Positions 31,490 through 42,267 of a stretch of 64,000 bases of DNA are shown here, one piece after another; the first letter of the stretch is position 1, and each line of letters opens with the position of its first letter. The stretch is taken from assembly GCF_029643245.1 (NCBI RefSeq), contig NZ_CP116398.1, positions 3,528,372-3,592,371 of the forward strand, written 5' to 3'. The notes under the pieces are model-generated. The model was given only the letters and a program-made list of their open reading frames with translations. It did no database searches and was not told where the DNA came from. The translations under genes and the position numbers were made by a program. This DNA comes from Methylomonas sp. EFPC3. Lineage in GTDB: Bacteria > Pseudomonadota > Gammaproteobacteria > Methylococcales > Methylomonadaceae.

Positions 31490-32512
31490 ATGGGACTTTT
31501 CGACGGTTTGCAACGCCAATTGCGTTCGGTCATCGAATGGCAAAATCCGGCGCCCAATGCGCTGTTCCAACAATGGAGCGACAACGGCGACGAAATCAAG
31601 AACGCCTCGACACTGATCGTCGGCCCCGGCCAGGGTTGCATATTCGTCTACCGCGGCAAGGTGCAAGCGGTATTCGACAGCGAAGGCTCCTACAACCTGC
31701 AAACCGATAACATCCCGTTCTGGACCACGATTGCCAGCTTCATGCAGTTCTTCGAAAGCCAGTTCAAGGTCGGGATTTATTTCTATCGCAAGACTGTGAT
31801 TCTGGATCAGAAATGGGGCACCAGCTCGCAGATCAAATATCTGGACCCGACCTACAAATTCCCGGTCGGTTTGAGAGCTTTCGGCAATTACAGTTACCGT
31901 TTGGCCGAACCGGCGCAGTTCTTCGTCAACGTGGTCGGCGAGCAAAACCTGTTTACCACCGACCAATTGCGCAACGTGATTGTCGCCCGCCTCAGCCAGC
32001 CGTTGGCGGATTTTCTGGCGACCAGCCGTTTCGGTTATCTGGATATCGACACCAACCGCGAGGAAATCGCCGCCGGCGTGCTGCAAAAATTATTGCCGCA
32101 GTTCGCCGATCTCGGTTTTACCATCACCGATTTTCGGATCGAAGGCACCGACTTCGACGAGGAAACCCTCAAGCGCGTCAATCGCATCGCCGATATGACC
32201 GCCGAGGCCCAGGCGGCCAAGGAAGTCGGTCTGGATTACGCCCGGATCCAGCAACTGGAAGCGATGCGCGAAGCCGCCCGCAACGAAGGCGGCGGCGCCG
32301 GAGTCGGAATGGGCTTGGGCGCCGGCATCAGTTTTGGCCAAAATCTGGCGCAAGCGATGAACACCCCAGCCGCTGCATCGCCCGCGCCCGCCCAGGCAGC
32401 GGCAGCCGACCCGATGGAAAAACTGGCGCAACTGAAGAAAATGTTCGAGGCGGAATTGATCACCGCCGAGGAATATGCAGAGAAGAAGAAAAGCATTCTG
32501 GAGGGAATCTAA
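31490..32512 (+). CDS. SPFH/Band-7 (flotillin-like, YdjI-like) protein with C-terminal SHOCT domain
   Basis: 340 aa. SPFH core followed by Gly/Ala linker and MEKLAQLKKMFEAELITAEEYAEKKKSIL, a SHOCT-type motif. Confidence 0.7.
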   Translation: MGLFDGLQRQLRSVIEWQNPAPNALFQQWSDNGDEIKNASTLIVGPGQGCIFVYRGKVQAVFDSEGSYNLQTDNIPFWTTIASFMQFFESQFKVGIYFYRKTVILDQKWGTSSQIKYLDPTYKFPVGLRAFGNYSYRLAEPAQFFVNVVGEQNLFTTDQLRNVIVARLSQPLADFLATSRFGYLDIDTNREEIAAGVLQKLLPQFADLGFTITDFRIEGTDFDEETLKRVNRIADMTAEAQAAKEVGLDYARIQQLEAMREAARNEGGGAGVGMGLGAGISFGQNLAQAMNTPAAASPAPAQAAAADPMEKLAQLKKMFEAELITAEEYAEKKKSILEGI

Positions 32513-32685
32513 TGCCGTCGCCGCGCTAGCGCTCAACGCCCGCCGGTGGGCCGGCAATCCGGCCGAGTCTCCTGCGGCAAACGGCTGTCTGAAGACTCTG
32601 CCCCGGAAAAATCGGCTTTGCCGGCTGCCAGTTTCCGGATGTGTACTATTCTTGGCAGCGACATTTTCACCATTGAGAATCGACC

Positions 32686-33723
32686 ATGGATATCGCCGAA
32701 CTGTTGACGTTCTCCGTCAAGAATAAAGCTTCCGACTTGCACCTTTCCGCCGGCTTGCCGCCGATGATCCGGGTGGACGGCGACATTCGCCGGATCAACA
32801 TCCCGGCCCTGAACCACAAGGAAGTGCACGCGCTGATTTACGACATCATGAACGACAAGCAGCGCCGCGATTACGAGGAGTTTCTGGAAACCGACTTTTC
32901 GTTTGCCTTGCCGGGGGTAGCCCGATTCCGGGTCAACGCCTTCAATCAGGATCGCGGTGCCGGCGCGGTATTCCGGACCATTCCGTCGAAAGTCTTGACC
33001 CTGGAAGAGCTGGATGCGCCCAAGTTTTTTCAGGAGCTGTGTACCAAGCCGCGCGGTTTGATTTTGGTGACCGGACCGACCGGTTCCGGTAAATCCACCA
33101 CGTTGGCGGCGATGATCAACCACATCAACAACAACGATTACGCCCACATCCTCACGGTCGAAGATCCGATCGAGTTTGTTCACGAAAGCCAGAAATCGCT
33201 GATTAACCAGCGCGAGGTGCATCGCGATACGCTGGGTTTCAACGAAGCCTTGCGCTCGGCGTTGCGGGAAGACCCGGACATCATCCTGGTCGGCGAGATG
33301 CGCGATTTGGAAACCATTCGTCTGGCGCTGACTGCGGCCGAAACCGGCCACTTGGTGTTCGGCACCTTGCACACCACTTCGGCCGCCAAGACCATAGACC
33401 GGATCATCGACGTGTTCCCGGCGGCCGAGAAAGACATGATCCGGGCCATGTTGTCCGAGTCGTTACAGGCGGTTATTTCGCAAACACTGCTGAAGAAGGT
33501 CGGCGGCGGCCGGATCGCTGCGCATGAGATCATGGTCGGTACCCCGGCGATCCGCAACCTGATCCGTGAAGCCAAGGTGGCGCAGATGTATTCGGCGATT
33601 CAGACCGGGCGCAAGGACGGCATGCAGACGCTGGACCAAAACCTGAAAGAGCTGGTCGACAAGGGCCTGATTACCGCCAAGGCGGCGATGACTCGGGCCG
33701 TCAATAAAGACATGTTCCGCTGA
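32686..33723 (+). CDS. pilT: Twitching motility ATPase PilT
   Basis: 345 aa. GPTGSGKSTT Walker A and PilT family motifs. Confidence 0.9.
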   Translation: MDIAELLTFSVKNKASDLHLSAGLPPMIRVDGDIRRINIPALNHKEVHALIYDIMNDKQRRDYEEFLETDFSFALPGVARFRVNAFNQDRGAGAVFRTIPSKVLTLEELDAPKFFQELCTKPRGLILVTGPTGSGKSTTLAAMINHINNNDYAHILTVEDPIEFVHESQKSLINQREVHRDTLGFNEALRSALREDPDIILVGEMRDLETIRLALTAAETGHLVFGTLHTTSAAKTIDRIIDVFPAAEKDMIRAMLSESLQAVISQTLLKKVGGGRIAAHEIMVGTPAIRNLIREAKVAQMYSAIQTGRKDGMQTLDQNLKELVDKGLITAKAAMTRAVNKDMFR

Positions 33724-33739
33724 TGAACGAGGAGGCCTG

Positions 33740-34873
33740 ATGGACTTTACCGCGCTATTGGCATTGATGGTGGAAAAACGGGCGTCGGATTTATTCATTA
33801 CCGCCGGGCGGCCGCCGTCGATGAAAGTCAACGGCAAAGTCGTCGAAGTCTCGAAGACGTCGCTGACCAGCGAACAAACCCTGAAGCTGGTGCTCGGCAT
33901 CATGTCGCAACGCCAGCGCGACGAATTCGAAAACACCAAGGAATGCCAATTCGCGTTAAGCGCGCACAGTCTGGGCCGGTTCCGGGTCAGCGCCTTCACC
34001 CAGCGCGATTCGGCCGGCATGGTGTTGCGCCGGATCGAAACCACGATTCCGACTGCGGAAGAGTTGCATCTGCCGCCGGTGTTGAAGGAATTGATCATGC
34101 ACAAGCGCGGCTTGGTCATGTTCGTCGGTGCGACCGGCACCGGTAAATCGACCTCGCTCGCGGCCTTGATCCGCCACCGCAACGAAAACAGCAGCGGCCA
34201 CATCATTTCCATCGAAGATCCGATCGAGTTCATTCACCCCCACCAGGGCTGTATCATTACCCAGCGCGAAGTGGGTCTGGATACCGAATCGTTCGAAGTC
34301 GCTTTGAAAAACACACTGCGTCAAGCGCCGGACGTGATTCTAATCGGCGAGGTCAGGACCCGCGAGACCATGCAACACGCGATAACCTTTGCCGAGACCG
34401 GCCACCTGTGCGTCTGTACCTTGCACGCCAACAACGCCAACCAGGCCATAGACCGCATCCTGCACTTTTTCCCGGAAGACATGCACAGCCAGTTGTTCAT
34501 GGACTTGTCTTTGAATTTGCGCGGCATCGTCGCTCAGCAATTGATTCAGCGTGCTGATGGCAAAGGCCGTTATCCCGCCATCGAAATTCTGTTGAATACG
34601 CCGCTAGTCGCCGATTTGATTCGTAAGGGCGAGGTGCATAAATTAAAAGAATTGATGAAGAGCTCGCGCGAGCATGGCATGCAAACTTTCGACCAGGCGC
34701 TTTACGATCTGTACACAGCCGGTAAAATTAGTTACGAAGATGCTCTGCACGCTGCCGACTCCCGCAACGAAGTCCGCCTGATGATCAAATTGGGCGCCGA
34801 GAACGTCAATTTCGAAACCGCCGGCATGACGTTGGCCGAAAGCGACGAAGACGGAGGCAGCCTTTATAAATAA
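33740..34873 (+). CDS. pilU: Twitching motility ATPase PilU
   Basis: 377 aa PilT paralog directly downstream of pilT. Confidence 0.85.
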   Translation: MDFTALLALMVEKRASDLFITAGRPPSMKVNGKVVEVSKTSLTSEQTLKLVLGIMSQRQRDEFENTKECQFALSAHSLGRFRVSAFTQRDSAGMVLRRIETTIPTAEELHLPPVLKELIMHKRGLVMFVGATGTGKSTSLAALIRHRNENSSGHIISIEDPIEFIHPHQGCIITQREVGLDTESFEVALKNTLRQAPDVILIGEVRTRETMQHAITFAETGHLCVCTLHANNANQAIDRILHFFPEDMHSQLFMDLSLNLRGIVAQQLIQRADGKGRYPAIEILLNTPLVADLIRKGEVHKLKELMKSSREHGMQTFDQALYDLYTAGKISYEDALHAADSRNEVRLMIKLGAENVNFETAGMTLAESDEDGGSLYK

Positions 34874-34891
34874 ACCCCGGATTTAGCCGTT

Positions 34892-36046
34892 TTGCCAGAC
34901 TTAGCCCCACCGAATTCGATACTCAAATTTGCCGCTGCCGCAGCGTTGGCCACACTTCTATGCGGCTGTGCTTCCGAGCCGCCGCGTAGCCAACTGCGAA
35001 CGTCGGCACCGGTCAAACCCAATCCGCCCAGCCAATCGGTCAAGGTCCAGCCCGACCTTAGGCCCTATGCCAGCATTGGCAGCTATCGGGCCGCTGCGAT
35101 AAGCGGCGATTACGCCGCTTATCCGGCATTGGCTCAATTTATCGAGCAGATGGTGCAAAAGCACGGCTTCGATCGGGAATATTTGAACGGTCTGTTCTCG
35201 CAAGCCAAACGCAAACAATGGACCTTGGATTATCTGGCCAAGTCCGACCAAGGTTTAAAAGGCAAGCCCAGCAAAGGCGGCTGGACCCGTTACCGTTCCC
35301 AATTTCTGGATGCCCGCCATATTGATGCCGGCGTGGCGTTCTGGCGGGCGCACCAGAACGCTTTGCAGCGTGCCAGCCGACAATACGGCGTTCCGGCGGA
35401 ATACATTCTGGGTATTCTGGCGGTGGAAACCACCTTCGGCGGCTTCGTCGGCAATCACCGGGTGATCGATGCGCTGACCACGCTGGGTTTCGATTACCAG
35501 CGCCGCGGCGAATTTTTTCGTAGCGAGCTGGAGAGTTTTCTGGTGATGACCCGGGGCGAAGGCATCGATCCCGCCAAGCCGGTCGGCTCCTTCGCCGGGG
35601 CGATGGGGCTGGGCCAATTCATGCCCAGCAGCTTTTTGCAATGGGCGGTGGATTTCAATGGCGACGGTCGGCGTGACTTATGGAACCCCCAGGACGCGAT
35701 CGGCAGTGTCGCCAATTATTTTGCCCAGCACGGCTGGCGTAGCGAGCAGCCGGTAGTTAGTAACACTCGCGGCAGCTACAGCGGTATCGATAGTTTGGAG
35801 CCGGGTATCGATCGCGAATATCCGCTGGGTACATTGCTGCAAGCCGGTATCGAACCGGCCGGCAATTGCGGCTGCGATTATCCGCTCCGATTGTTGTTGC
35901 TCAGGCACCAAAACTCCGATGAATATTTATTGGGACACCCGAATTTCTACGTGATTACCCGCTACAACCACAGCACCCATTACGCGATGGCGGTGCATGA
36001 GCTGGCTCAGGCCATCAGACGCGGCTATCAACAGCTCGCCGGATAA
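34892..36046 (+). CDS. mltB: Lytic murein transglycosylase B (lipoprotein)
   Basis: Lipobox LLCGCA. MltB/Slt family 2 catalytic region. Apparent TTG start. Confidence 0.8.
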   Translation: MPDLAPPNSILKFAAAAALATLLCGCASEPPRSQLRTSAPVKPNPPSQSVKVQPDLRPYASIGSYRAAAISGDYAAYPALAQFIEQMVQKHGFDREYLNGLFSQAKRKQWTLDYLAKSDQGLKGKPSKGGWTRYRSQFLDARHIDAGVAFWRAHQNALQRASRQYGVPAEYILGILAVETTFGGFVGNHRVIDALTTLGFDYQRRGEFFRSELESFLVMTRGEGIDPAKPVGSFAGAMGLGQFMPSSFLQWAVDFNGDGRRDLWNPQDAIGSVANYFAQHGWRSEQPVVSNTRGSYSGIDSLEPGIDREYPLGTLLQAGIEPAGNCGCDYPLRLLLLRHQNSDEYLLGHPNFYVITRYNHSTHYAMAVHELAQAIRRGYQQLAG

Positions 36047-36193
36047 GGCGAGCGACGAGATTGCGATCGATTGATTCGGTTTTTCGGTTGCCTGTATGGG
36101 CTCTTAGTCGATACGCTCCAATTCCTGCTCGATGTCACGGAAATGACTTAATTGCTTGCTACGATATAGTCAAGCCGTTAGAGAGGAGAAACG

Positions 36194-36640
36194 ATGCGCG
36201 CCCTTCATTTGTTAATATCTGGTTTGGGTTTATTTTGTAGTTCGGCCCAAGCCGCGCTTGACCACTCACAAACTTCGCCAGTGCCGTCGTTATCGATTTC
36301 CTATCCGCGACTATCGGATCAAATCGGCGTCAAGCCCGGTCGTCAACTGTTTTGGCAGCAATTCGATCTCAATGGCTCTGGTGCTGTCTTCGTACAGCCT
36401 GGCGCCAACATCACTGGAGGCAGTGCCGGAGCGGGGATTCGGAATATCAGCGGAGAATTGAAGCTGAAAGGCGGTGGTGATGTGGTGCTTGTTCGATCCG
36501 GACACATATCGATTGCCGCTAGCAGCGTACTGGGAACAGCCCCCATCACGATAGTGCCTTTACCGGCACCGTTTGTGCTGTTTGGAGTTGGCGCACTGGG
36601 CTTGGCGATAAATTCCAAACGGACTGCAGCGAAGTTTTAA
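36194..36640 (+). CDS. Secreted protein with PEP-CTERM-like C-terminal sorting signal
   Basis: 148 aa. Signal peptide. C-terminus VPLPAP-FVLFGVGALGLAI-NSKR matches the PEP-CTERM pattern of motif, TM helix and basic tail. Confidence 0.4.
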   Translation: MRALHLLISGLGLFCSSAQAALDHSQTSPVPSLSISYPRLSDQIGVKPGRQLFWQQFDLNGSGAVFVQPGANITGGSAGAGIRNISGELKLKGGGDVVLVRSGHISIAASSVLGTAPITIVPLPAPFVLFGVGALGLAINSKRTAAKF

Positions 36641-36668
36641 CTCTATGAGCGCTGGTCTATGCCGGGTT

Positions 36669-37778
36669 TTAAAAAGTCTTTGTCGCTTCCGAATAATCGA
36701 ATAAATCCAACTGCCGATAAGGCTTAGCGTGAGGGGCTTCGTTATCCAAGCCGGATAGGGTTACGCCAAGCAAACGGACTTTACTGGAACCCACCGGAGT
36801 GTTTTTGATTAACTCGGTCAGCAGCAATGCACATGCCGGGTTATCGGCGACCGGCTCGTTTAGGGTGCGGCTGCGGGTGATTTGCACGAAGTTCTGGAAT
36901 TTGATTTTTACCGTCAGGGTGTAGGCGGTCAGGCCTTTCTCGGCCAAGCGCTGCAACGCGGTGCGCATCAGAGCCTGCAACTGCCGCTGAATCGAGGCGA
37001 GATCGGCCAAATCCTGTTCGAAGGTGGTTTCCACGCCGACCGACTTGCGAACCCGGTCGGCGCGAACCGGGCGCAAATCGATGCCGCGGGCAATGTTGAA
37101 ATAATGCCGGGCGGCCTTGCCGAAATGTTGGTGCAAGATTGCCAATGGTACGGCTTTCAAGTCCTTGCCGGTATTGACCCCTAAATCGCGCATTTTCTGT
37201 TCGGTGGCCGGACCGATGCCGTGAAACCGGCCGATGTCCAGTTTCTCGGCGAATTCGGGGCCTTGTTCCGGAGGAATCAGGTACAGTCCGTCCGGCTTCC
37301 CCATATCCGAGGCGAGTTTGGCCAGAAATTTATTGTAAGAAATGCCGGCCGATGCGATCAGGCGGGTTTGTTTCAGGATGTCTTGTTTGATTTGCTTGGC
37401 CAATAACGTGGCCGAGCCTTGGTAAAGCTCAGAATCGCTGACGTCCAGATAGGCTTCGTCCAGAGATAGCGGCTCGACACAGTCGCAATAGCGGGCGAAA
37501 ACGTCGCGGACGAGGGCCGAGGCCTCCCGGTAGGCGTCGAAACGCGGCTTGACAAAGATCGCCTGCGGACAGAGCCGGTAGGCGTGGGCGGAAGGCATGG
37601 CCGAACGTACGCCGAACTGGCGGGCTTCGTAGCTGCAGGTGGCCACCACGCCACGCGAATCGGGTCTGCCGCCGACGATGATAGGCTTGTTCCGGTATTG
37701 CGGATGGTCGCGTTGTTCGACCGCTGAGTAAAACGCATCCATATCGATGTGGATGATTTTGCGCGGACGGTCGTCCAT
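36669..37778 (-). CDS. dinB: DNA polymerase IV (Y-family)
   Basis: 369 aa. IIHIDMDAFYSAVE N-terminus. Confidence 0.9.
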   Translation of the reverse strand: MDDRPRKIIHIDMDAFYSAVEQRDHPQYRNKPIIVGGRPDSRGVVATCSYEARQFGVRSAMPSAHAYRLCPQAIFVKPRFDAYREASALVRDVFARYCDCVEPLSLDEAYLDVSDSELYQGSATLLAKQIKQDILKQTRLIASAGISYNKFLAKLASDMGKPDGLYLIPPEQGPEFAEKLDIGRFHGIGPATEQKMRDLGVNTGKDLKAVPLAILHQHFGKAARHYFNIARGIDLRPVRADRVRKSVGVETTFEQDLADLASIQRQLQALMRTALQRLAEKGLTAYTLTVKIKFQNFVQITRSRTLNEPVADNPACALLLTELIKNTPVGSSKVRLLGVTLSGLDNEAPHAKPYRQLDLFDYSEATKTF

Positions 37779-37784
37779 CGGCGT

Positions 37785-38087
37785 TTACGGTTTGTCGAGC
37801 TGCTCCAGCTTGGCGGTTTCGTTCCAATCGGAAAACGGAAACGGCAATTGCTCGGTATTGAAAGTTAAAAACAGCAGGATATGGTAATGGTAGGTCGACA
37901 GGCTGCGGCCGAAACTGAGGATGTTGGCGTTGGCCGCACCGGTAAACAGTACCGAACCTACCTGCAGCAAAATCACCAGCCACAACAGCAGTTTGACCAA
38001 ACTGTCTATCGCAGCGAAAACCAGCATGAAGATCACCCGTTTCCAGGTTTCGATTTTTTTCAAATTCTCGTTGATCTGTTCTTGCAT
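37785..38087 (-). CDS. Small membrane protein (DUF4389-like)
   Basis: 100 aa with two TM helices. Sits 6 nt upstream of dinB in the same orientation. Confidence 0.45.
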   Translation of the reverse strand: MQEQINENLKKIETWKRVIFMLVFAAIDSLVKLLLWLVILLQVGSVLFTGAANANILSFGRSLSTYHYHILLFLTFNTEQLPFPFSDWNETAKLEQLDKP

Positions 38088-38097
38088 GGTCGTGGTT

Positions 38098-39120
38098 TTA
38101 ACCTCTGTTCATCACGTCGCGCAAGTCCAGTGCGGCCGCATTGGCGCGGGCAATGTAGTTGGCCATGGCCAGCGAATAGTTGGCAAACACGCCGAAACCG
38201 TCGCCGTTCAGAACCACCGGACTTAAAGTCGGCGTCAACGCATTTTCCAGCGCCTGAATCATGTTATCCAGCGTGTTCATCGCCCGTTTGTCCAACAGAA
38301 TGTCGGAAAAGTCGTGTTTGATGGCTCTCAGGATGTGTAGCAAGGCCCAGCAGGAACCGCGCGCTTCGTAGAATACGTTGTCGATTTCCATCCAAGGCGT
38401 CTGGCCGATGGTCGGCATGTTGATGTCGACCGGATTCGATGGGTCGCCGTGCGCAGCGCCGGCAAATTTGTCGGTACTGGCGGCGAGACGGGTCGACAGA
38501 CCGCCCAGGCGCTTGATCACGACTTCGGTATATTGCCACAAGTTGTCAGCGCGGGAATGGAACTGGGCTGCTCTCGAGGTCGAAGTCGGATTTTGCAGCC
38601 GCGACATATAGGCATGTAATGCCTCGATACCTTTAATATATTCGGACTCGGTGGACGGCAAGGCCCAGGAATTGCGTTCGTAGTAGAAGTAAGGCTCCGC
38701 TTTGGCTAAATCCGGGTCTTCCGCCGATTGCGATTGGTCTCTGGCAAAGTGGTTGCGTAAGGCGGTGGTACCGTCGCGCAGCATGACCAGTGCGCCGTAT
38801 TCGAAACTTTGGATGTTGTCGCAAAACAGGCCGGGAGGCGCGACGTCGTTGGACAGGTAGCCGCCGGCTTTGAACAGAATGACGTCGGCGATGTGGGCCA
38901 GCGTATTGGCGTAAACGTAACCGATCGGCATCTGGTCGGTATGGGTCACATTCATGCGTTCGATCGCTTCATCCTGAACGTTAAATTGCTCGGGCTCACG
39001 GCTCCACCATTCGCCTAAAATCAACATGACCACAACGACGATGCCTATCAGCGTACCGAAACCCCAGAGTATGCCTTTAGACTTGGCGTCTTCTTCGAGT
39101 GCGAATGAATTGTCTGACAT
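38098..39120 (-). CDS. DUF2333-family protein (N-terminal TM anchor)
   Basis: 340 aa. One TM helix then a large soluble domain. Family assigned from memory of dinB-neighbour genes in pseudomonads. Confidence 0.5.
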   Translation of the reverse strand: MSDNSFALEEDAKSKGILWGFGTLIGIVVVVMLILGEWWSREPEQFNVQDEAIERMNVTHTDQMPIGYVYANTLAHIADVILFKAGGYLSNDVAPPGLFCDNIQSFEYGALVMLRDGTTALRNHFARDQSQSAEDPDLAKAEPYFYYERNSWALPSTESEYIKGIEALHAYMSRLQNPTSTSRAAQFHSRADNLWQYTEVVIKRLGGLSTRLAASTDKFAGAAHGDPSNPVDINMPTIGQTPWMEIDNVFYEARGSCWALLHILRAIKHDFSDILLDKRAMNTLDNMIQALENALTPTLSPVVLNGDGFGVFANYSLAMANYIARANAAALDLRDVMNRG

Positions 39121-39204
39121 GTGTTACGTATCCGGATAAGTGCAAAAAGGCCCTGGCGGCCGAATGGCGGCATGTTAGCACGGATTAAGTTGGCTAGCTC
39201 GCTT

Positions 39205-39477
39205 TCAGTGTAGTTGCCGGGCCGCAGCAGGCTGGACCGGGGAGAACAGCGCCGGCGGCATCTGCACGAAGAAGCCTTTGGCCTGCAGACTGGCGATGAC
39301 TTTGGCCGAGTCGGCGCGCGCCAGCTTGCGTTCCGGCGTCAATTCAAGCTCCATGACGAATTCGAGCCGGCCAAAGCTTTTGTAGAGTTGTTCCGGCACG
39401 GCCGAAAAATCGTCTTTTTTATCCAAGTAAAGGTAAAGTTCGTCCTTCTTCAGGCTTTTGTAAATAAAGCAGTTCAT
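39205..39477 (-). CDS. YcgL-domain protein
   Basis: 90 aa. MNCFIYKSLKKDELYLYL matches the YcgL (DUF709) signature. Confidence 0.65.
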   Translation of the reverse strand: MNCFIYKSLKKDELYLYLDKKDDFSAVPEQLYKSFGRLEFVMELELTPERKLARADSAKVIASLQAKGFFVQMPPALFSPVQPAAARQLH

Positions 39478-39563
39478 GTTTGCCGCTCCTGATGTAACCC
39501 TGCCAATTCTAACGGTTTTTGTTTAGAATTTTCAGCCCTTGTCGACCTAGACCGCTTTCGCAG

Positions 39564-40163
39564 ATGAAAACCAGCCCGTTCTCCACCCAAAATTTTTTTA
39601 ACGCGGCTTGTTATTTCGAGTCGGCATTGGCCGGCTTGGCCGTGCTGTTCGGCTGGCTGGCCGATGTCGATCCGTTTCAGGACTTGTATTTTTCGGAAAG
39701 TGCCCTGGCAATCGGGTTGCTGGCGACTTTGCCGTTATTGTTGTTGTTTTTTGCATTGCAACGTCTGGCGTATCCGCCGTTGCAAGCCATCCGCGAGTTG
39801 CTACTGGATACTCTGGGCGCCAGGTTGAGCGACCGGCATTGGGCTGACTTACTGGTTTTGGCTTGTATCGCCGGCTTCGCCGAAGAGGCGCTGTTTCGCG
39901 GCTTCTTGCAGCCCTGGCTGGAATTACGCTGGAATGCCGAACTCGGCCTGCTGTGCAGCAACGTGGTATTTGCCCTGGTACACGCCGTAACGCCTTTGTA
40001 TGCGCTGTTGGCTTTCCTGATGGGGTTGTATTTGGGAGCCCTGCTCGATTATGGCGGCGGTCGCAATCTGCTGACCCCGATCGTGATCCACGCGGCTTAC
40101 GATTTCGTGGCCTTTGTTGTTATTCTGCGCGATTACCGTAATCGCCTCGACAGGAGTGTTTAA
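39564..40163 (+). CDS. CPBP-family intramembrane glutamic endopeptidase (CAAX protease-like)
   Basis: EEALFRGF and H..Y motifs in a polytopic protein. Confidence 0.7.
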   Translation: MKTSPFSTQNFFNAACYFESALAGLAVLFGWLADVDPFQDLYFSESALAIGLLATLPLLLLFFALQRLAYPPLQAIRELLLDTLGARLSDRHWADLLVLACIAGFAEEALFRGFLQPWLELRWNAELGLLCSNVVFALVHAVTPLYALLAFLMGLYLGALLDYGGGRNLLTPIVIHAAYDFVAFVVILRDYRNRLDRSV

Positions 40164-40639
40164 TGTCCGTCACCTCCCCGTTGCCGTCCACCGCTCTGCG
40201 CAGCCATTGGCTGGTCTGCGCCGCGATGCTGCTCATGCTGATTGTTTACAATGTTGTTTGCCATGTCTGGGGGGCTGAGCTGCAGATCGCGGTCAGCGAA
40301 GAGCGCCGCGTGTTGCTGCGCAGCGTGTTGTACGGCGTCGCGATCGTATTGTTTCCGTTGACCAATCTGACCAAGCATGTCTTGCTGCGGCTGAACCAGA
40401 CCATGCCCGGCCCGAGAAGTGCGGGGCAACGCTATTTCACAACGGTAACCGTCAGCCAGGCCTTGATCGAATGGGTCGGCCTGTTCGGCCCGATCATGAT
40501 TGTGTTGGGCGACGGCTTCAATACCTTATACATATTCAGCACGATGCATGCCTTGGGCATATTCCTGCATCGTCCCAAAATGGCGGAATATCATGCGATT
40601 GCTGCGGCGCTTTCGGCGCAAAACAGCCGGGGCGAGTAA
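40163..40639 (+). CDS. Hypothetical polytopic membrane protein coupled to the CPBP protease
   Basis: 158 aa with 4 predicted TM helices. Start overlaps the CPBP stop. Confidence 0.5.
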   Translation: MSVTSPLPSTALRSHWLVCAAMLLMLIVYNVVCHVWGAELQIAVSEERRVLLRSVLYGVAIVLFPLTNLTKHVLLRLNQTMPGPRSAGQRYFTTVTVSQALIEWVGLFGPIMIVLGDGFNTLYIFSTMHALGIFLHRPKMAEYHAIAAALSAQNSRGE

Positions 40640-40721
40640 GTCCTTGACTATTTCGGGTTTTTAGGAACCTCAGTAAAGTTGTACAATGGCTGGCTTATCC
40701 ACGATTAGCCCCCAGGTGTGA

Positions 40722-42191
<1,470 letters not shown>

Positions 42192-42267
42192 ACCGGCCGC
42201 GCCGGTTTGCGCACCGGACCCAAGCCGGTCCGGTGCGAATCTCAACCCTCACAACCTCGTAAGCGCA

